NCBI GenBank assembly: GCA_964234715.1
Contig: OZ174287.1
From: Podarcis melisellensis
Taxonomy: Eukaryota
Length of the DNA: 64,000 nucleotides
Reading direction: 5' to 3' (one strand)
The notes under the pieces: model-generated
Database searches by the model: none
What the model saw: the letters and a program-made list of their open reading frames with translations, nothing else
Told to the model about the DNA's origin: nothing
Translations under genes and position numbers: made by a program
Part shown: piece by piece, positions 1-15,100 of the stretch
How positions within the stretch are numbered: position 1 is the stretch's first letter
Layout of the letters: the number at the start of each line of letters is the position of its first letter

Positions 1-1885
1 CTCAACATCAATGTTTAGCCAAACTAAATGAGAGCTGAAGTCATCCTCAAGAGCAGTGTACTTCCATGTGAATACCCTATTCATGAAAAATGCATACCTG
101 GAAGGGGGAAAGATGCATAACTTCTAGGCTTCTGCCCCTGTATAACTCAAACCTGAGAAATAAAGTATTGCCTGAAAATGGCTTTAGAATTATAGCCAAG
201 CACTGACAAGTAGCTGTACTTTGTGTGTTTCTATGATACTATCAAAAAATAAAACTGGGAGGCTCAAACTGTTACATATACAGTACCTTTTGTTTGTACA
301 TTGTCTTTGTTATCCTTCAAATGTTACAGCAAAGGCACAACCCAGACCCTGAGATTTTCCCCACCAAAGAACCAGTGTGGGTTGTGGGAGAGCTGGATCA
401 GGACAGTGATGTTGGGGGAAGGGGACTTTAATCTCCACCCTCACAAGGCTCTATTCCAAATGGGAGGGAGACAGGCATGTCATGTGCATGGGATGAAATG
501 CTCTCATTGGGAACCCTAATTCAGACCATAGCAGGAGGCAGAAGGTTAAAGCACCACATACCATGGTTCCTAACTGGCTGAACCTGCATATTTCCATGCC
601 AGCTCTTTTGAGAGAGAAAAAGACAGGCAGTTAAGGAGGGCAAACCAAGAGATTCAGGTCATGTGTTGTTTGCTCCTCACCTATGGATCTACTTGTTAGT
701 TCTTGCTATAAAGCTGGGAGGCAGTCTTCCACGGGCACTGAAAACAAATCTATCATTCTAAGACCTGGACAATGCTGACTCTCACAGCTAAGAAATGCCC
801 AGTGCCCAGAGTAGGGAGCAAGTTTCCAGCTGGCCCATGAATAGCAGAAGACGCAGCCAACCTGATTCAAATTCTTCTGAAACTTGTCATTGACAGCCAA
901 AGTAGTATACTAGCTAAGAGAGTGAGCTTTGAAACAGGAGGTCTCCGCATCCTAGCTCTGCCAAGGCCCCACTAAATGGCAACTACAATTTCACAGCCTC
1001 TAAACCAGCTGCAAAATGGAGAAAATACTACCTGTTGTAAAGATTACGGATGTAATGTATGTCAAGCACTTTGACTACTCAAAAAGTGTTGTATTAATTG
1101 CTTATTTTCATCCTCCTCAGATGGCTGCAAGCAAACCCCCTTTTCTCATCTTTTTGCTGACAAGGACATCATTCATCATGGTATTTCTAAAGGATTATCA
1201 AGAGACTCACAGCCTGCTTACATGACTCTGGAGAAAAAGTGTACCTCTTATCTTCCAGTGAACAAAAAAAAGGGCAGCAGGGCTTGAGGAAAGGGCAGCC
1301 AACACCTGCAGGAGGTGTGTCTTTTGCCAGCTCTCATTTCTATCCCCCAACACTTCTGTCTGAACCATTTCTGCCTCTTCTGGGTGAGTAGATCGGGGAG
1401 GGGGGAGAGAGAGACAAAAAGTCACACATGATGGATTTGACCACCTTAATTAATGTAAACAAGGCAAAGTGGAACATCAAATAATGTCTTCAGCTGCTTG
1501 AAAGACAAGAGGAGTGGTGAAGGCAACACTGAATGAAAAGAGGAGGGCTTTTGATGTGTGGGCCAGCAGGTCCCCAGTTTGTAAATAAAGATGGCCTCGT
1601 ATCGCAGCTTATCCAAATATTTTCATTTACCATTACAAGCTGAGAGAAAAGGTTGATGGGCTTGGACTCTTCAACTTTCAGCCTTCACCCTGCAGCTCTC
1701 AAGGGAGGAGAGAAGGGAAACAGAGGAGAGAGACAGAGATGCACACAGGTTGCTCCGGTTCCCCATTTGAACATTGTAATTGCTTCATATATAACCATTT
1801 CAACATGGCTGCCCAAGAGCATAAACTGCCCAGAGTATTTCCCAGTTTAGCATAGGTTCTGGCCCTTCAGCAGCCAAGTCTCTTG

Positions 1886-2110
1886 TCATTCTTCTTCCTC
1901 TTCTTTGGCGATCACTTGTAGCCGAGTAAGATTGTCTTCCATAAACACGGTTTTAACAATGAGTCCGTAAGTGACTGTAGAGGCCATTTCTGGATCCACA
2001 CGTCCTTCTACAGTGGGGACATTGGTTTCCAGGCGGGAGTTGATCACAGTGTGGATTTGCCAAGCGTGCCTTCCTCTTAGCAAGTTTCTCCCTTGCGTTT
2101 CTCTCTTGTC
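1886..2110 (-). mobile_element. RTE-clade LINE 3' fragment
   Basis: Minus strand encodes CPHCRRTCGSRNGLYSHLRTH (C-terminal zinc finger) and ends in a GAA-rich tail; paralogous to 33008-33385. Confidence 0.75.
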
Positions 2111-2289
2111 ATAGCACCCCCTGGGCCTGGTATGGCAAAGGCTGAAAGAGTCCAAGCCTGTCAACCCTTCTGACTGCTGTTAAAGAGGACTGCTTTAAAT
2201 AAGGCATGTTGTCCAAATCTGCTCACCTAAAAGCTAATGGGAGCTGTGGGGGGCGGTGACACATCTTAAATAGGCTGCTAACTAAGGAA

Positions 2290-3030
2290 GATTGCTGCCA
2301 CACAATTTGGCCACGAGCCAAGCCAGTTACAAAACTGCAAGAACCATCATACTCATGCACGCTCCACATTCTCCCTGCTGATCAGAATTAAGGATACCAG
2401 CCAAAGGGCAAGGCATTATACAGCAGTCTATGATAAACTTTGACAATACTTCTCCTGAGGAAGTTAATAAATTATGTTACCTTGGATCCATGGTGACTGA
2501 CAATTTATCACTTAATTTGTCACTTGCATCAGGAAAGAAACTATCACTTTAGGCAGATTTACAAAGTGGGCCTAAAATAATACTAAACTAACCATCAGAA
2601 CAAAGATACTGACCTAACAGTCCTGTATCTGTGGCACCTTGCTTATATATGGCAGCATGCCCCAGACCACCAATGGTTGCCAAGAGAAGGAAACATCTTC
2701 CATCTTGGCTGTTTATGTCATATCCTTGGCATTTCCTGCCAAGATAAGATCACCAGTGCAGACAGCCTCACCAACGTTAACCTGCCAAACACTCATTTTC
2801 TCTTCTGAAGCTGGCTGTGTTTGGTCTGGGAACTTGCATCGCTTGCGACAAGAAAAGGAGGTTGCCCCATTGTCTTGATAGAAATAATATTGCAAATGTG
2901 ATCTCAGAGGCCTTGAGGCAAATATCAAATTGTAGAAACGTCTTACAAATAACAGGAACACTGTGTGTCACAGGCTCTGGTTGGCACACAAAAGCTGTGA
3001 CATGAAATGACTCCTACTGCATGAGAACAA
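2290..3030 (+). mobile_element. Degenerate RTE-like LINE RT/C-terminal fragment
   Basis: Broken motifs EEVNKLCYLGSMVTDNLSL, LLIYGS and ILGISCQDKIT; many stops and frameshifts. Confidence 0.5.
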
Positions 3031-5879
3031 GGGCAGATATATGAAGAAGAGTGACAGTCATGATTTACTCGCTGAGGGTTAATTGTGACAGGTCCTCCTA
3101 ATCTAGATTGGCCTCTTTGCTTCAGCCAGCAAAAGAAATGCATTCTGATGTAATCCAAGTCATTCAGAAGAATATTTCAAATATTGTCTTCCCAAGGTAA
3201 ATGGGTGCAACAACATGCCACAGAACTCTTAGTAATTTCTAATATAGGCAAGTAATGTCTTGGCAAGGAGTAAAATGTGTCTCCTCTGTAACACCTACCA
3301 TGCTCTTGGCACTAAATAAATCAATACAGAGTTGGTAGCTTCTTTACTAATGTTGAATGCTCATGCTTTGATTGAATCTCTTTCAGGAGAATTGGGTTGG
3401 GGTGTGTGTGTGTGTGTTTCATTCTCTCTCTCTCTCTTTATGCTTTTCCAGTTTTCTGATTACACATCAACTCTTCCTATCATACAATGTTTCTGTGCAG
3501 ACTTCCCAACCCAACACTCTGAGGCATTCTAGATAAACTTTGTTCTTGCTGTATATCAATTACTTTGTCCACCCTATTTTTCCTCTTGCATTCATTCGTT
3601 TCAATTAGCTGTTGCTCATAAAGTTACCCCTACTTTTGAAAACTGATTTTTAGTATCATATATTTTTAAATACTCCCCAAAGCATTCCCACTTGTCCCTC
3701 GTTTGTCTGTCATTCTGGTTCCTTATTTTGGCTGTCACGTTTGTTAATTCTGCAAAAAGTTCATGCAGCCATTGTTCTTTTGTAGGAATTGGGTTGATTT
3801 TTAATGGCTCCAGCAAGGCTGGCACTGGGTAGATTTCCTCTGGGATTTAATTACATTGTGATCTTATTGCCATGCTAATTTTGCATTTATTTTTGCTACT
3901 GCCAAGATTCTTAAAGAGTAGAATTCAGTTTGACTATAGAGGTCCTTTCACCTCAAATATTATTCTGAATATGGCTAGCCTTAACGAAATCCATGCGCTT
4001 TAGAAAAATGCTTAGGTTTGACCAATTCTTCAGGGGAAGGGAGTTCCAGAAACGTTAATCCTGAAGGTAGGTAGGAGTAAATGCTACATTTCTTTTCTCT
4101 TTTTTGCCCAGAAGATGTACTCGAATTCAATTAGAGCCAAAGGGGGAGAGCTGTTGTATCATAAATATCCTGCGCCTTCCCAACCTGACACCAGGGCTGC
4201 GTTTCAGGTCTTTAAAAACACATCTGTAGGAAATCAAGTACTTCCATTGGCTCCTTTGGCATATTTACGGTTGTTGGGAAGGGGCTCCCGGGCAAAAACC
4301 TGACTGACTTATAAGGAGACTAGCACAAGGTCAGTACATGGATGGACAAAGGTACAATCTCTCTCTCTCTCATTTCCCTTGCTCTGGTCTAGTTCTTGTT
4401 GAATGGACGGGACCATTTCAGGCTGTAGCTTGGGGATCATATGCCAAAATGTTTCCGGGGGGGGGGGCACAGCGGTGCTTTCCTACCCATAGAAAACTAG
4501 CATGCTAGGAAGAAGGGGAAGTAAGAAACCCTCTTTCTAGCATCCTAGTTTTTTCTAATGGAATAGACTTCAGTTATGTGAACCTTCATCTGCAGTCTGA
4601 AGTGGTACACCTAAGAGACAGGTTTACCACACTGGCAAGAAACACTGGTGTATCCAATCAGCTCATGGTGCTGTTGGAAGTTAATGGCACTGCCTCACTG
4701 AGACCTCGCTAGTCTGCTCAAAGCAGCCTTCTTTGCCAGGAGCCTCTCAATGGATTGAAAATGAGGCAATTCCAGAGCTGAAGGATGCAGTTCCAAAGTG
4801 TTGCCACAGGGAAGCACTATAAGATTAGGATAGTTCCCTTCCCTCTGCTCACTATTAACTCCTGGAGGGTACCAAAATATCTAAGGCAATATCTTGTGTC
4901 AGATCAGTTTCTGTTGGTGTAAGAAAAGTTCCACAGAAATCTCTTATAAAATCATAGGCAGTGGAAAATCTCTAAAATGAGAAGTACTAAGGCTGAGTCT
5001 TGACAGATGGCATGCATTTTGTAATGGGAGATCCCTTACCACTAACTAATCACAATCAGTCTCTATGTGCCTCAGACTGGAGCTTTCATTTTGGATGTGT
5101 TTGAAAAAATCTCAATAATATGGAGTATGGGTCTCATCCAGACTACAGTTTTATTGTGGGTGTATGAAGCAACATGTTGTTGGTGCATTAATACATTAAT
5201 AGTGTATCGGAAATAAATTTATACTGGACCGCTTAAACACCATCCCACAGTATCAGTTGCTCTACAAGGCTTCCCCAATGCTCCTGCATTATTTCATCCA
5301 CACTTTAACTCCACCTTTGAACTCTACCTATTCCACTGCCTGTATTCCTGCCATTCCCAGCTTCTCCGCCTTCCCTCTCAAGAACAAGGCACTAGTAAGT
5401 TGTGCTCTGCTGCCATATTGTTACACACCACTCCAAGCTCCAAGTGGTGCAAGATTCTAAGGATTCCATGCACTTACCCAGGATTCATGTTTCTTTTTGG
5501 AAATAAGGCACAGTGGAGACTCTGGTGTCTTTATGATATATGGCTTATTTGCACATGTATACAACCCGAGCCTATGATGGAGGGGTTCACAGCATTAACA
5601 CCTCAAAAGGGTCATGTTTCTCCCATAGCTGCAGTCTTAGATTTAGACAGAAATAAAATATCATGCTCCGACTCTTTTTGCAGCTTGTTGCTTTTCCTCT
5701 GGTTCACATCTCACTGCCCTTTCAACTTTAAACTACGGCTTTGTCCTTCTAGCTCTCTAAGAGTTGAAGGAGGGGTTCTATTCATTTGCCGGCTGGTTCA
5801 GAGCCTCCTTTCATTTCTTCTCTTAGTGGCCCACCCCCCAGGCAATCACCTCACAAGGAAGCAAGTCTGCCTTATATAT

Positions 5880-6444
5880 TCTCAGGGACTGGGCAGATGA
5901 GGAGGAGTGGTGGAGACCACCACCCCAAGAGCCTTCCAGAGAGAAGGAAGGGGGGGAGAGTATGGACCTGGAATCATGGTGGTTTGAGACGGGACACACC
6001 CCAGAAGAAGAAAGGAGCTGGGAAATAATGGGTGATGAAGAACAGGAGCAAGATAGCAGGTGCACCAGCCCTGAACAGAGACAGGAGTCAGATGTGTTAG
6101 AAACAGTATTGAACCAAGTGATACGCTGTCTCTGGAGAGTATGTTAGAGCCACCTCCTTCCACTAGGACCAGACATGCCCTTCATGCCTCAGAGCAGAAA
6201 GTCAAACAGAGACAGAGGGATTCCCTTAGCAGCTGCTGTAGGCAGCAAGAGGGGTCTGAGGGCTAAGAGGTAAATGCAAGGGGGTTGGAGCAGCACTCTG
6301 AGCAACTTCGGCTCAAGCTTGAGGGTGTACATTTCATGTTTTCCTGTGTTTCTGTGGATTAAAATAAAAGAACTGAAAGAAGCTCTCTGCATCTCTGATT
6401 TCACTAGGCAGTTAGCCAGCAAGCTGTTGACAGCACCCCTGACA
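5880..6444 (+). mobile_element. Gypsy-type solo LTR
   Basis: Ends T(C)TCAGGGA...CCCCTGACA; 5-bp TSD TATAT (5875-5879 and 6445-6449); AATAAA near 6362; acidic coding remnant in U3. Confidence 0.7.
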
Positions 6445-9400
6445 TATATTAACACTTGCTGGATCCAGAGGTTCAGTAAACTAGCCTGGTTTGATTAGCT
6501 CTTAACAGTTGCTGGATCCAGGGACCAGAAGGCTTGATTAGATTTTAGCACTTCCTGAATCCAGGGATTAAAAGAGTCTGGCTTCCACAAGCTCATAACA
6601 CTGTTTTCATTTGTACAATTGTTACTTTTTATATTTAGGCTGCAATTGCTTGGCGAAACCATGCTTATACAGGAATGCCAGTATATGACATCAACAAGAA
6701 GTATGTGCAAAGGCAAAACAGTACAGGCTACTCCTCTGTGCGTAAGCTATTTGCACTATGGCATTATGCCACCATATTTTCATTTTTACACTTCTAAGGA
6801 TTTTTATGTTCAGGCTGTGATTGCTGCATTAAACCTTTGCTCACTTCCACACAAAAACCCACAAGGATGGTGATACCATCAACAGGACGTATGAGGGACT
6901 GGCTACATCACAAAGAAGTGAATTTAATTTGGTGCATTTCCAAGGCACCTTAGCACTATAATGCAACAGAGGAGGACCCCCCACCCCCCAACCAGAACAT
7001 TAGTAGTGCAAAAAGCTGCAGGGTTTCAGCAGGAAACTACAGCCCATGCACCGACTATTCATGAAGCATTACAACCACCCTGATAATTTTGTGGGTGCAA
7101 ATAGTATTGAACGTGGGGTCACGTGTAACTACCCCAATACCATCAAGAGCACAGATTATAATGAATTAACAATAAAAAGGACATCTGAAGGGCTCATGGT
7201 GGTGTATACAGAAATCACTCCTAACATTTTAAATTAATGTGGCCCACACAATACAAACATTGATTACTAGTCAACCCAACAGAACAGGCTTACAGCAAGT
7301 AGGTGGTACTACTCTACTGATCAGTCAAAACCAGAAATCCTGACTCCTAGTATTTATTCCAGTTTTGGTAAATTCAGCTGTAGGAACTGATTTGCATAAC
7401 TCCATTCCTTCCTATGTATAAAGAAGGCTCTGTGGTGTGAGTATTCAGACAAATAGAACTCACTGAGTGAGATTCTTGTCTGATAATAGGGGTGCTAGCA
7501 GTATTCATTCTTTGCAAATTCCATTATAAAGTGGCTTGATCCAAAACTCTCAGATGAATTATCCTTCATCTCTTCCTTCTCCCAAGTTTCTGATGTTGTT
7601 CTTGTCTCAAAACAATATCAAAATGCATATTTTTGGATAGAATCAGGTTTATAAATGTGTATTTTGACAGAAAATGTGTTTAAAATTATGTATTTAAATA
7701 TCCAAAAGCATATTTTGGTGCTGATTTAAATACAAAAAAACATGAACAGGATAGAATAAAAATATTCAAAACAGACATGGAGCAGAAATAGAATGATCCA
7801 TTCATTTGAGGTTCTTAGTGGAAATCGTGAGTCCCTGGGAAGACACTTGTGTCCCTTTCCTCAAGGAGATTGTTGTAGCACTTTCCAAACCAAACTCTAC
7901 ACACTAATGCCAGAATCATTTGTTAAATCAGGGGGTTTCCAGCAGAATGAAATGCTACGGAGTTCTTAATAACCTATAAAATATAAAAACCCTTTCAGGA
8001 CTTAATCCCAAAACTGTTTTCAATTCCAGGACTTGCCCATTGAACACATGAAGTTCTAATAAAGATGACAGCCCCATGGAGCATGTGAGGAGTACTTTTA
8101 CTCACCTCTAAGTAGCTAACCAAGCATTTGGAATCAGGAAGTAATATTTCCTAGGCAATTCACATTTAAGAAGTACTAGAGATTATGTTCCCACTCTAGG
8201 AGAGCTGCTCAATTTCCTTAAATTAGCAGAATATTCTCTAGCTGTGAAATTTCAGGTCTCAACTCACTGAAATTGATTTTTACCCTGACGGAGGATTTAG
8301 TATGTTTTATCCAAGAAGGGTGAGCTAGAGAGAGATCCTGCCTATTTTTTTGTGTGCCATAACTTTTCCCTGTTGACAACACTTTTTTGCCTTTTTGTAG
8401 ACTTTCTGAAAACTGCTGAATTCAGCTACCTTTTCAATACCTACTTTTCCAAACCTTTGGGATGCGGGAGAGATATGGATAAGAACTCTGATTAAAGACA
8501 AAACATTATCAGCAAAAAGCAATAAAAAAATCGATCTTGTTTCCTGAATCCTACCTCTCAAAATATAAGTAAGTGACAAGGCTGCATAAAGAATACTGGA
8601 TTCAAAAGCAGGAAGCCCTTCCTATTACCTGTTCAAAACCTGATAACACAATAAATCCAGGATGATGTTATAGATCAGTGGTTTATTATAAGCCATTAGT
8701 ATGTGGCTATCTCTCTGAAAAGATCATCAGTGTTCACAAATCAGCTTTTTATCCAAGATTTCAGACCTTACAATATGACATTCAGGAGAAATGACTAAGC
8801 CTTAAAAAGGACTCTCTAAAGTCAGATTTCATACAGTGTGAATTGAAATGGTAACTCACAAATAACCTAACTGAAGGTTTCACTCAGAGACCCCCAACTC
8901 CCCCCCTCTCTCTGTGTGTACACAGGATACCGCTAACCTGGTATGTGAAAGAACTGTTGATAGATGGGAACAGGTACCTAATATACTGATGATGGATACT
9001 AACAAATGACCTATTGACTAGTATTTCAGTTGCCGAAACAGGTTTCTTTCTGGAAAAGAATCTGCTGTATACAGCAGCCTATTGTGGGTGAGCAGCTAGG
9101 CCACAGAACCTCAAGAAGGCTGTATTCAGTGATGTTGAGTGGGAACTTTTTTAGAAAAAGGCCCTCTTGGCTGTAAATGCTGTGAATTCTCTCTCAATAA
9201 ACTAAGGTGTACATATGTGTGAATAAACCATATTTCTAAGACACTGCAGTCTCCACTATGCCTTGATTTTTCAACGGAACCACAACCCTGGGTGAGCACC
9301 TGGAACCTCCCTGGAATCTTGCTACTGCTTGGCAGAGACTGGGGGTGGTGTGTAACAATAGGAAGATTCTTTTCTGTGGTCCCTTCCCATGTACCTGTTT

Positions 9401-11949
9401 ATTGAGCAACCTGAATTTGTTGGCACGTGACTGAATCCCAGCCCCAAATAGTGAAAATTGGAAAGATTAACCCCATTAGTTCCTGATTGCTGGAGCAGAG
9501 AGAAACCTAGAGCCGTGTGTGTGTGCATGCGTGCATGTGCATGTGTGTGTATACCTTTTAAGTTGAATGAGGAAAGCATGATGCTCACTGATTTATCTTG
9601 AGAGATACAGGCCATTCAGTGTTTCAATCACAGGTATATATAAGCACACCAAAAACATATTGGAGCAAAACATACAAATTATATTCACTAGATTTTGCAG
9701 GCAGCCATCTGAGGTTAGCTAACTGTAAATCTCCCTACTTCAATGAGGTGAATCCAGGCAATACTGCACTGTTCTTTCTGTCTGCAACCAAAAGGGCTAC
9801 GTACAATGCTGATTGGTTGGCCCTTATGATACACCTTTCTGTCAATCACAAAAGTACCTTCCTGGAGTAACTGATTTCCTCTTCTTCTTCACCCCTCCCT
9901 GCATAATTCAGATTTCAACCCCCACTATAGAAGTGTTAGGAGCAAGCCACCATTCCTCTGCATCCAACTGCATCCATGACAGTATGTTCACTGATTAAAT
10001 ATTTCTTCAGCATGTAAAAAACAAAAAAAGCAACACTTGACCACCCCACAAGAGAATAAAATGCCAGCTTGTTCCCAGAATCATGAACTAGAATCTTTTC
10101 CCTTGCTTCTAAAGTCAATGAAGGGGCCATCCCTGTCAGGAAAATGTGGGATTGTGGGAGGAACAAATATTTTAAATTCTAGTCCCCCCCCCCCGACTAG
10201 AACCAATCTTGTTGGATTTCATCACAATCCTTTCACTATCTGTATGGTAAAAACAGCAAGAAATAAAGTCTAGCGTAGGAAATGGAACTGTCAGTGAGAC
10301 AGGCCCAGGGTCTCAACTAACATGGACATCTCAAAGAGAACAAGGCTGCATAAGCACCACACATTTAAACCACTTTTAAAGCATGTGATTCCCCCCCGCC
10401 AAAAAAAAAAATCCTGGGAACTGTCATTTACTCTCTCACAGAGCTACAATTCCCACCCATAACAAAATGCAGTCTAATTTCACAACAATCAAAAAGTCTA
10501 ATTTCACAACAATCCTGTATTGTTAAAAAGCACTAACATAGTATAATGCTGGAGCTGGCTCTTAGATACTATCTTCAACCATGTTTGTTACATAGAAAAA
10601 GAGGGAAAGTTAGAGATGCTGAGATTCTTGAAATGCACCTCATAAATGAAGAACTTCAGGTTGAACAGTCCCAGTGAACTCTGAAAGTCATAAAACGTAT
10701 GGATTATCAGTTATGATTTGACAACAGAGGGAATCTGGTAGGAACTGAGTGATTGAAAAAGTTCTGAAAATAAAGCAAAAATTGCTCAAAACATCAAAGG
10801 TGGTGTATTCATAAACAACTACTTTTGGTCTCATTTCAAAGTATATAAACCAAGTGAATTCTGGACTCTTTGAACAGAGAAAATGTGGCAACAGCCTGGT
10901 GCTCATCTGAGACCTCTTGAAGAAAGCAATTCCAAGTTTTATTTACCTAGAAGGAAGGAATGGATGTTCATGCCCAAAGTCAGCAAATTAATTGCTGCAC
11001 ACCTGTATTTTATACACTGGGTGTGCACAAGAGTTGAGGCAGATGGTGCTTCCAGATGGGGGCTTTATATCACAAATGGGTTACTTAGATCTAATTTTCA
11101 TGGGTGTGTGATTGACACATTAGCTTGCACACATTCTGTTTTTCAGTCTTGGATAGTTATTCATATTCCACTGCTTGCTATCCACAGCAGTGGGCATAAC
11201 TTAACCAAATGTATCTGGGCTGTATTTTTTTTTTTTGTCCCTCTCCTCAATCACCCCTACCCTGCCCACCTGTACTATTTTTAGTTCTGGGCCAGCCCTT
11301 GGTCATCATATTTTACAACAGGCAAAATTGGAGGCTTCCTTTTTTGGAGTGGGGAGCAATATCCAGTTGCAGTTGTTTGGTGTGTGTTTTTTAAAAAACA
11401 AACAAACATGGAGGACTTGCAGAAGAGTGATATTTAGCTATATCAATCTGCTGTATGGTTTGGTGCAGCTCGGAAAACATACTGATGAGTTTACACAGCA
11501 CCGGGAACTACAGATGTATAATGGGTTACATTTGCTTACTGTGATAAAGGAAAAGTGATATTTTGATGGTGGTGTCATGTGGACGCTGTGAAACTCTTGT
11601 GTGTATGAGCAGTACCAATTCCATAATAACTCTAGTTTGCCCCCCAAATTTAGCCTTGATGAGGTTCACTGTGCATTTTTTGGTTGACATTTTCCGGATA
11701 CACACATATTCAGCTAATATGTACTGCTTCATATGATATTCACTGTCATTTGCTATTTGTGAACATCTCCCCCTTTGCTATTGACCTATTTTTTCTGCAA
11801 TGCAGTTCTCCAACAGAGCAGTGTGCAGAAATGCCAATATTGGGGGGGGGGTGCATAAAAAGAGGCAATCAGCATTGAATTCAGAGACTACTCTGTATAT
11901 GCTTTGTAGAATGAAGGCAGAGGAAGTACAGCTGACCCTACAACAGGAA

Positions 11950-12150
11950 ACTTCCGCTTGCCCCACACTTTCTCTTGCCCTGCTGCTTTCCCCACCCCCT
12001 GGGTTGAAACCACTCTTTAGACTCAGTTGGGACAAACAGCATTTTGGGTTTCCCCCAGACTGCCATTTGTTCCAATCCATTACTAACAAACAGGGTTTCC
12101 CTTGGAAAGGAGTGGAGCAAGCAGAAACCAGTTTGGACGCGTGCCTAGAA
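11950..12150. mobile_element. Degenerate palindromic non-autonomous DNA element
   Basis: Internal inverted arms around TTTGGGTTT; related to 23737-23945. Confidence 0.4.
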
Positions 12151-15100
12151 AGAGTGTGTCAAGTCAAAAACCACTCGGACCCATGCTTTTAGACACGGCA
12201 GAAGTGGAAATGTGGATGAGCCACACTTGTTTGCTCCACAAATGGGAGCAACCACAGCCTCAGTCCTCACAACCTAAATCTCTAAGTGGAGGGAAGGTAC
12301 ACCTTGACTCTAGGACAACCTTCTTCAAGATGAATTCATCCATGTATTTGGGATGCAGAATAGGTTCTTTACTGAAGTCACACATAGGCTCTGAACTTCC
12401 TACCTTGGGTGCTCTACCTTGCCAGCTTTCTGGTGGCCTCTTTGAAGACTGGCATTTGGCCTTCTTAGCTCTTAATTCTAGCTCACCTGGCATACGAATC
12501 CTTGAATTTAAACTATTCTTATTGCTGTGTCTTCTTTATAAGCTGCTATTGCTTACTGCTACTGTGTCTTTTATTGTACTTTAATGCTGATTTGTGAGCT
12601 ATTTTAAACATTTTATTGGAAAGCCAGGATATAGTTATTTTAAATAAATAAGAAATAAATTTTGGATTAGAGGCAAGGGCACAGGCTGCAGTATTTAGGT
12701 AGGCTTCAGTCCCCTGCTTCCTTGATTTTTATAAACAATTCACCACTAAAACTCAAGAGAATGAGTAATTTTCTGGCCGAGGTCAGTGCTATATTTTTAG
12801 AAGAAAGTGGTTTTAGCTCCAGCATGAAGGACTTTTCATTCTTTTTGAAGTTTCTCTGCTCAAGGAGGAGAGCTGCAAGTGCCAGTCAAGCTCTCTAACC
12901 TCCGTAAGCACCTCCTGGTACATTGCAAAAGATGGGGACAGCCACCAGTGCTGCTGCTGCTGCTGACGCCACACAAAGAATTTGTAACTCTGCATGTCGA
13001 GATGACATTTATAGGGCTCTCAAATTGGAAACTGTACATTTTATTACACTCCCTGTCAAAAAAATGCAGTTCCATCAGAGGTTAGAACGACAAGGGAAAC
13101 CAACCAATCAATATTGGGGCCTCTAATATCTAGGCTGAACAAAAAATCATTAACCTGTTACTTTTATGATGGCGTTCTGCTTGAAATAAGGTACTTTAAA
13201 GTACTTTCCCATTCCCCAGATGATTTTTAAAGGAGAATCTTTCCTTTCTCCCTTCTTTTTTCAGGCACCCATTGGGCTTAAAAGGCTTGTTGGGTGGGGA
13301 AGAAGCAGCATATTTTATTTATCTATTTTGGATTTTTCTATCACCAGCCCTATGGCTGTTAATGCATAACCAAACATCCCAGTGGCAAGGGAGTAGCAGT
13401 GGTGATATTTTTTTACTTCATCACTCAATTTGTGTGACGTAGATCAGGGAGAGTTGTTATACCTCTGGAACCAGACTAGTAATACAACCACTGGTGGTGT
13501 ATACCTCTGGTAATGACAGGCAGAATTAGCAATGTTGTTTAGGATGAACTTGCACAATTGATGCATGCAAGACTTGCCACATTATCTTCTTGAACATGGT
13601 TTTCCCTTTTCTTACTTAAAAGATTCTGCCTCACGAAACCTTAGAAAGTAAAGGTTCCTATTATGCAGTTATTATATTTCCCCCATCCCTTGAGGCCTCA
13701 AGATGTGAAAATCTCTCCAACTCCACACCATTCCTGGAGCATTCCTTCTTTTCCGAATTTATTTCCACCCCAGTGTATACCAGGGGTGGGGAACCTGTGG
13801 CCTTGCTATGCTGTTGGGATTCCAACTCCCATCAGTCCCTACCAGTAAGGCCAAATGCCAGGAATGATGAGAATTGTATTCCACTATAGTCCAGCAATAT
13901 TTCCAGAGTACAGGTTTCCCTACCCCTCCTTGAGTACATCTAAGTCTTTAAAAAAAGGGGGGAGCACACCTAAATATTTAAAGTGTGGATGTGGCAAATA
14001 GGTGTTTGAAAACCTCAGACTTTCTTTGATATGTAACCCAGTTATTTATGGAATATCACTTGTGTATCTGCATAAACTATTTCATTGTACCTTTGGCTGC
14101 ATACACACCAACCCATTTGTAGCACAAAAATGTAGTTTTTCTCAATCTAGAATTCTTCATGCTCATCCTCAACATGCTGCTTTCAATCTAGATTGATTCT
14201 ATATCCTGCTGTCCACAAACTGCTTTTCAGGGACAAACAAATATTCAATAGATCTAGATTGTGTGTAGACTGTGTAAAAAACAACAACATCCTAGTACTC
14301 AGTCTCCATTGATTCTATAAGAAAATGTTTGTATTCATATTTTGTGTTTTGTTCTGTTTTTGTCTTGTGCACCACATTTACTTAAATAAGTAAACAAACA
14401 GAGGTACAGTTGTCACTGAGCCAGGATGGTCAACATGTTAAACTGGATGGCACAGTGGCAGGCATGTTTCTTCCCACATAGCCATCTCATTCACATGCAA
14501 AGTAGTGGCGGTGTCTTAATTTAAGAGTACAAGGTTTCCAAGGGAGAGGGGCTGCTATCAGAACACACACACACACCTGCGCATTCATTCTTCTCAGGTG
14601 CTTCAGATAGTTTCCCCTTGCGATGTGATGTTGCTGAAATTCATGATTACTTATTTCAGTATACAAATTTGTCCAGCTTGTAATGTTCCACTGAATTACA
14701 AATTGAGCATCATTTCCCTGAGATGTCTTTCTCCAAGTCTACACATGGGTTGTCAGAGTTCAGCAGACCAGGTGCCCAGAGCCAGCTGCTCTGCAGAAGA
14801 GGCATGTACACAAGTCCTTTAATACCATTTGCTCTTGATGATTTTCTCATTGACTGTTGTGAACTACAAAAAACAGCCATGCCATAGCTAGAGTTACAGG
14901 GAGTGGTTTTAGGACAGATGAGACCAAAGTAGCACACAGCACCAACAGCATGTCCGCATTAGGAGCTGAGTGAGATCTCCAGGAAAACAGGTGAGCTTCG
15001 CCCTCCCAATGCTCACTGAGAAAACTTTTAGATAACACTTCCAAAGAAAGTCACCGGGAATCTGACTGTAACTACTCTTTCACTTATGGCATTAAGAGCT

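Noticed and set aside
5400-5900. 166-aa ORF and the many other short six-frame ORFs
   Set aside because: Non-ATG starts, random composition and no protein family resemblance.
10471-10514. Short tandem duplications (AGTCTAATTTCACAACAATC twice; also about 28687-28722 and 48889-48916)
   Set aside because: Ordinary slippage or repair duplications.
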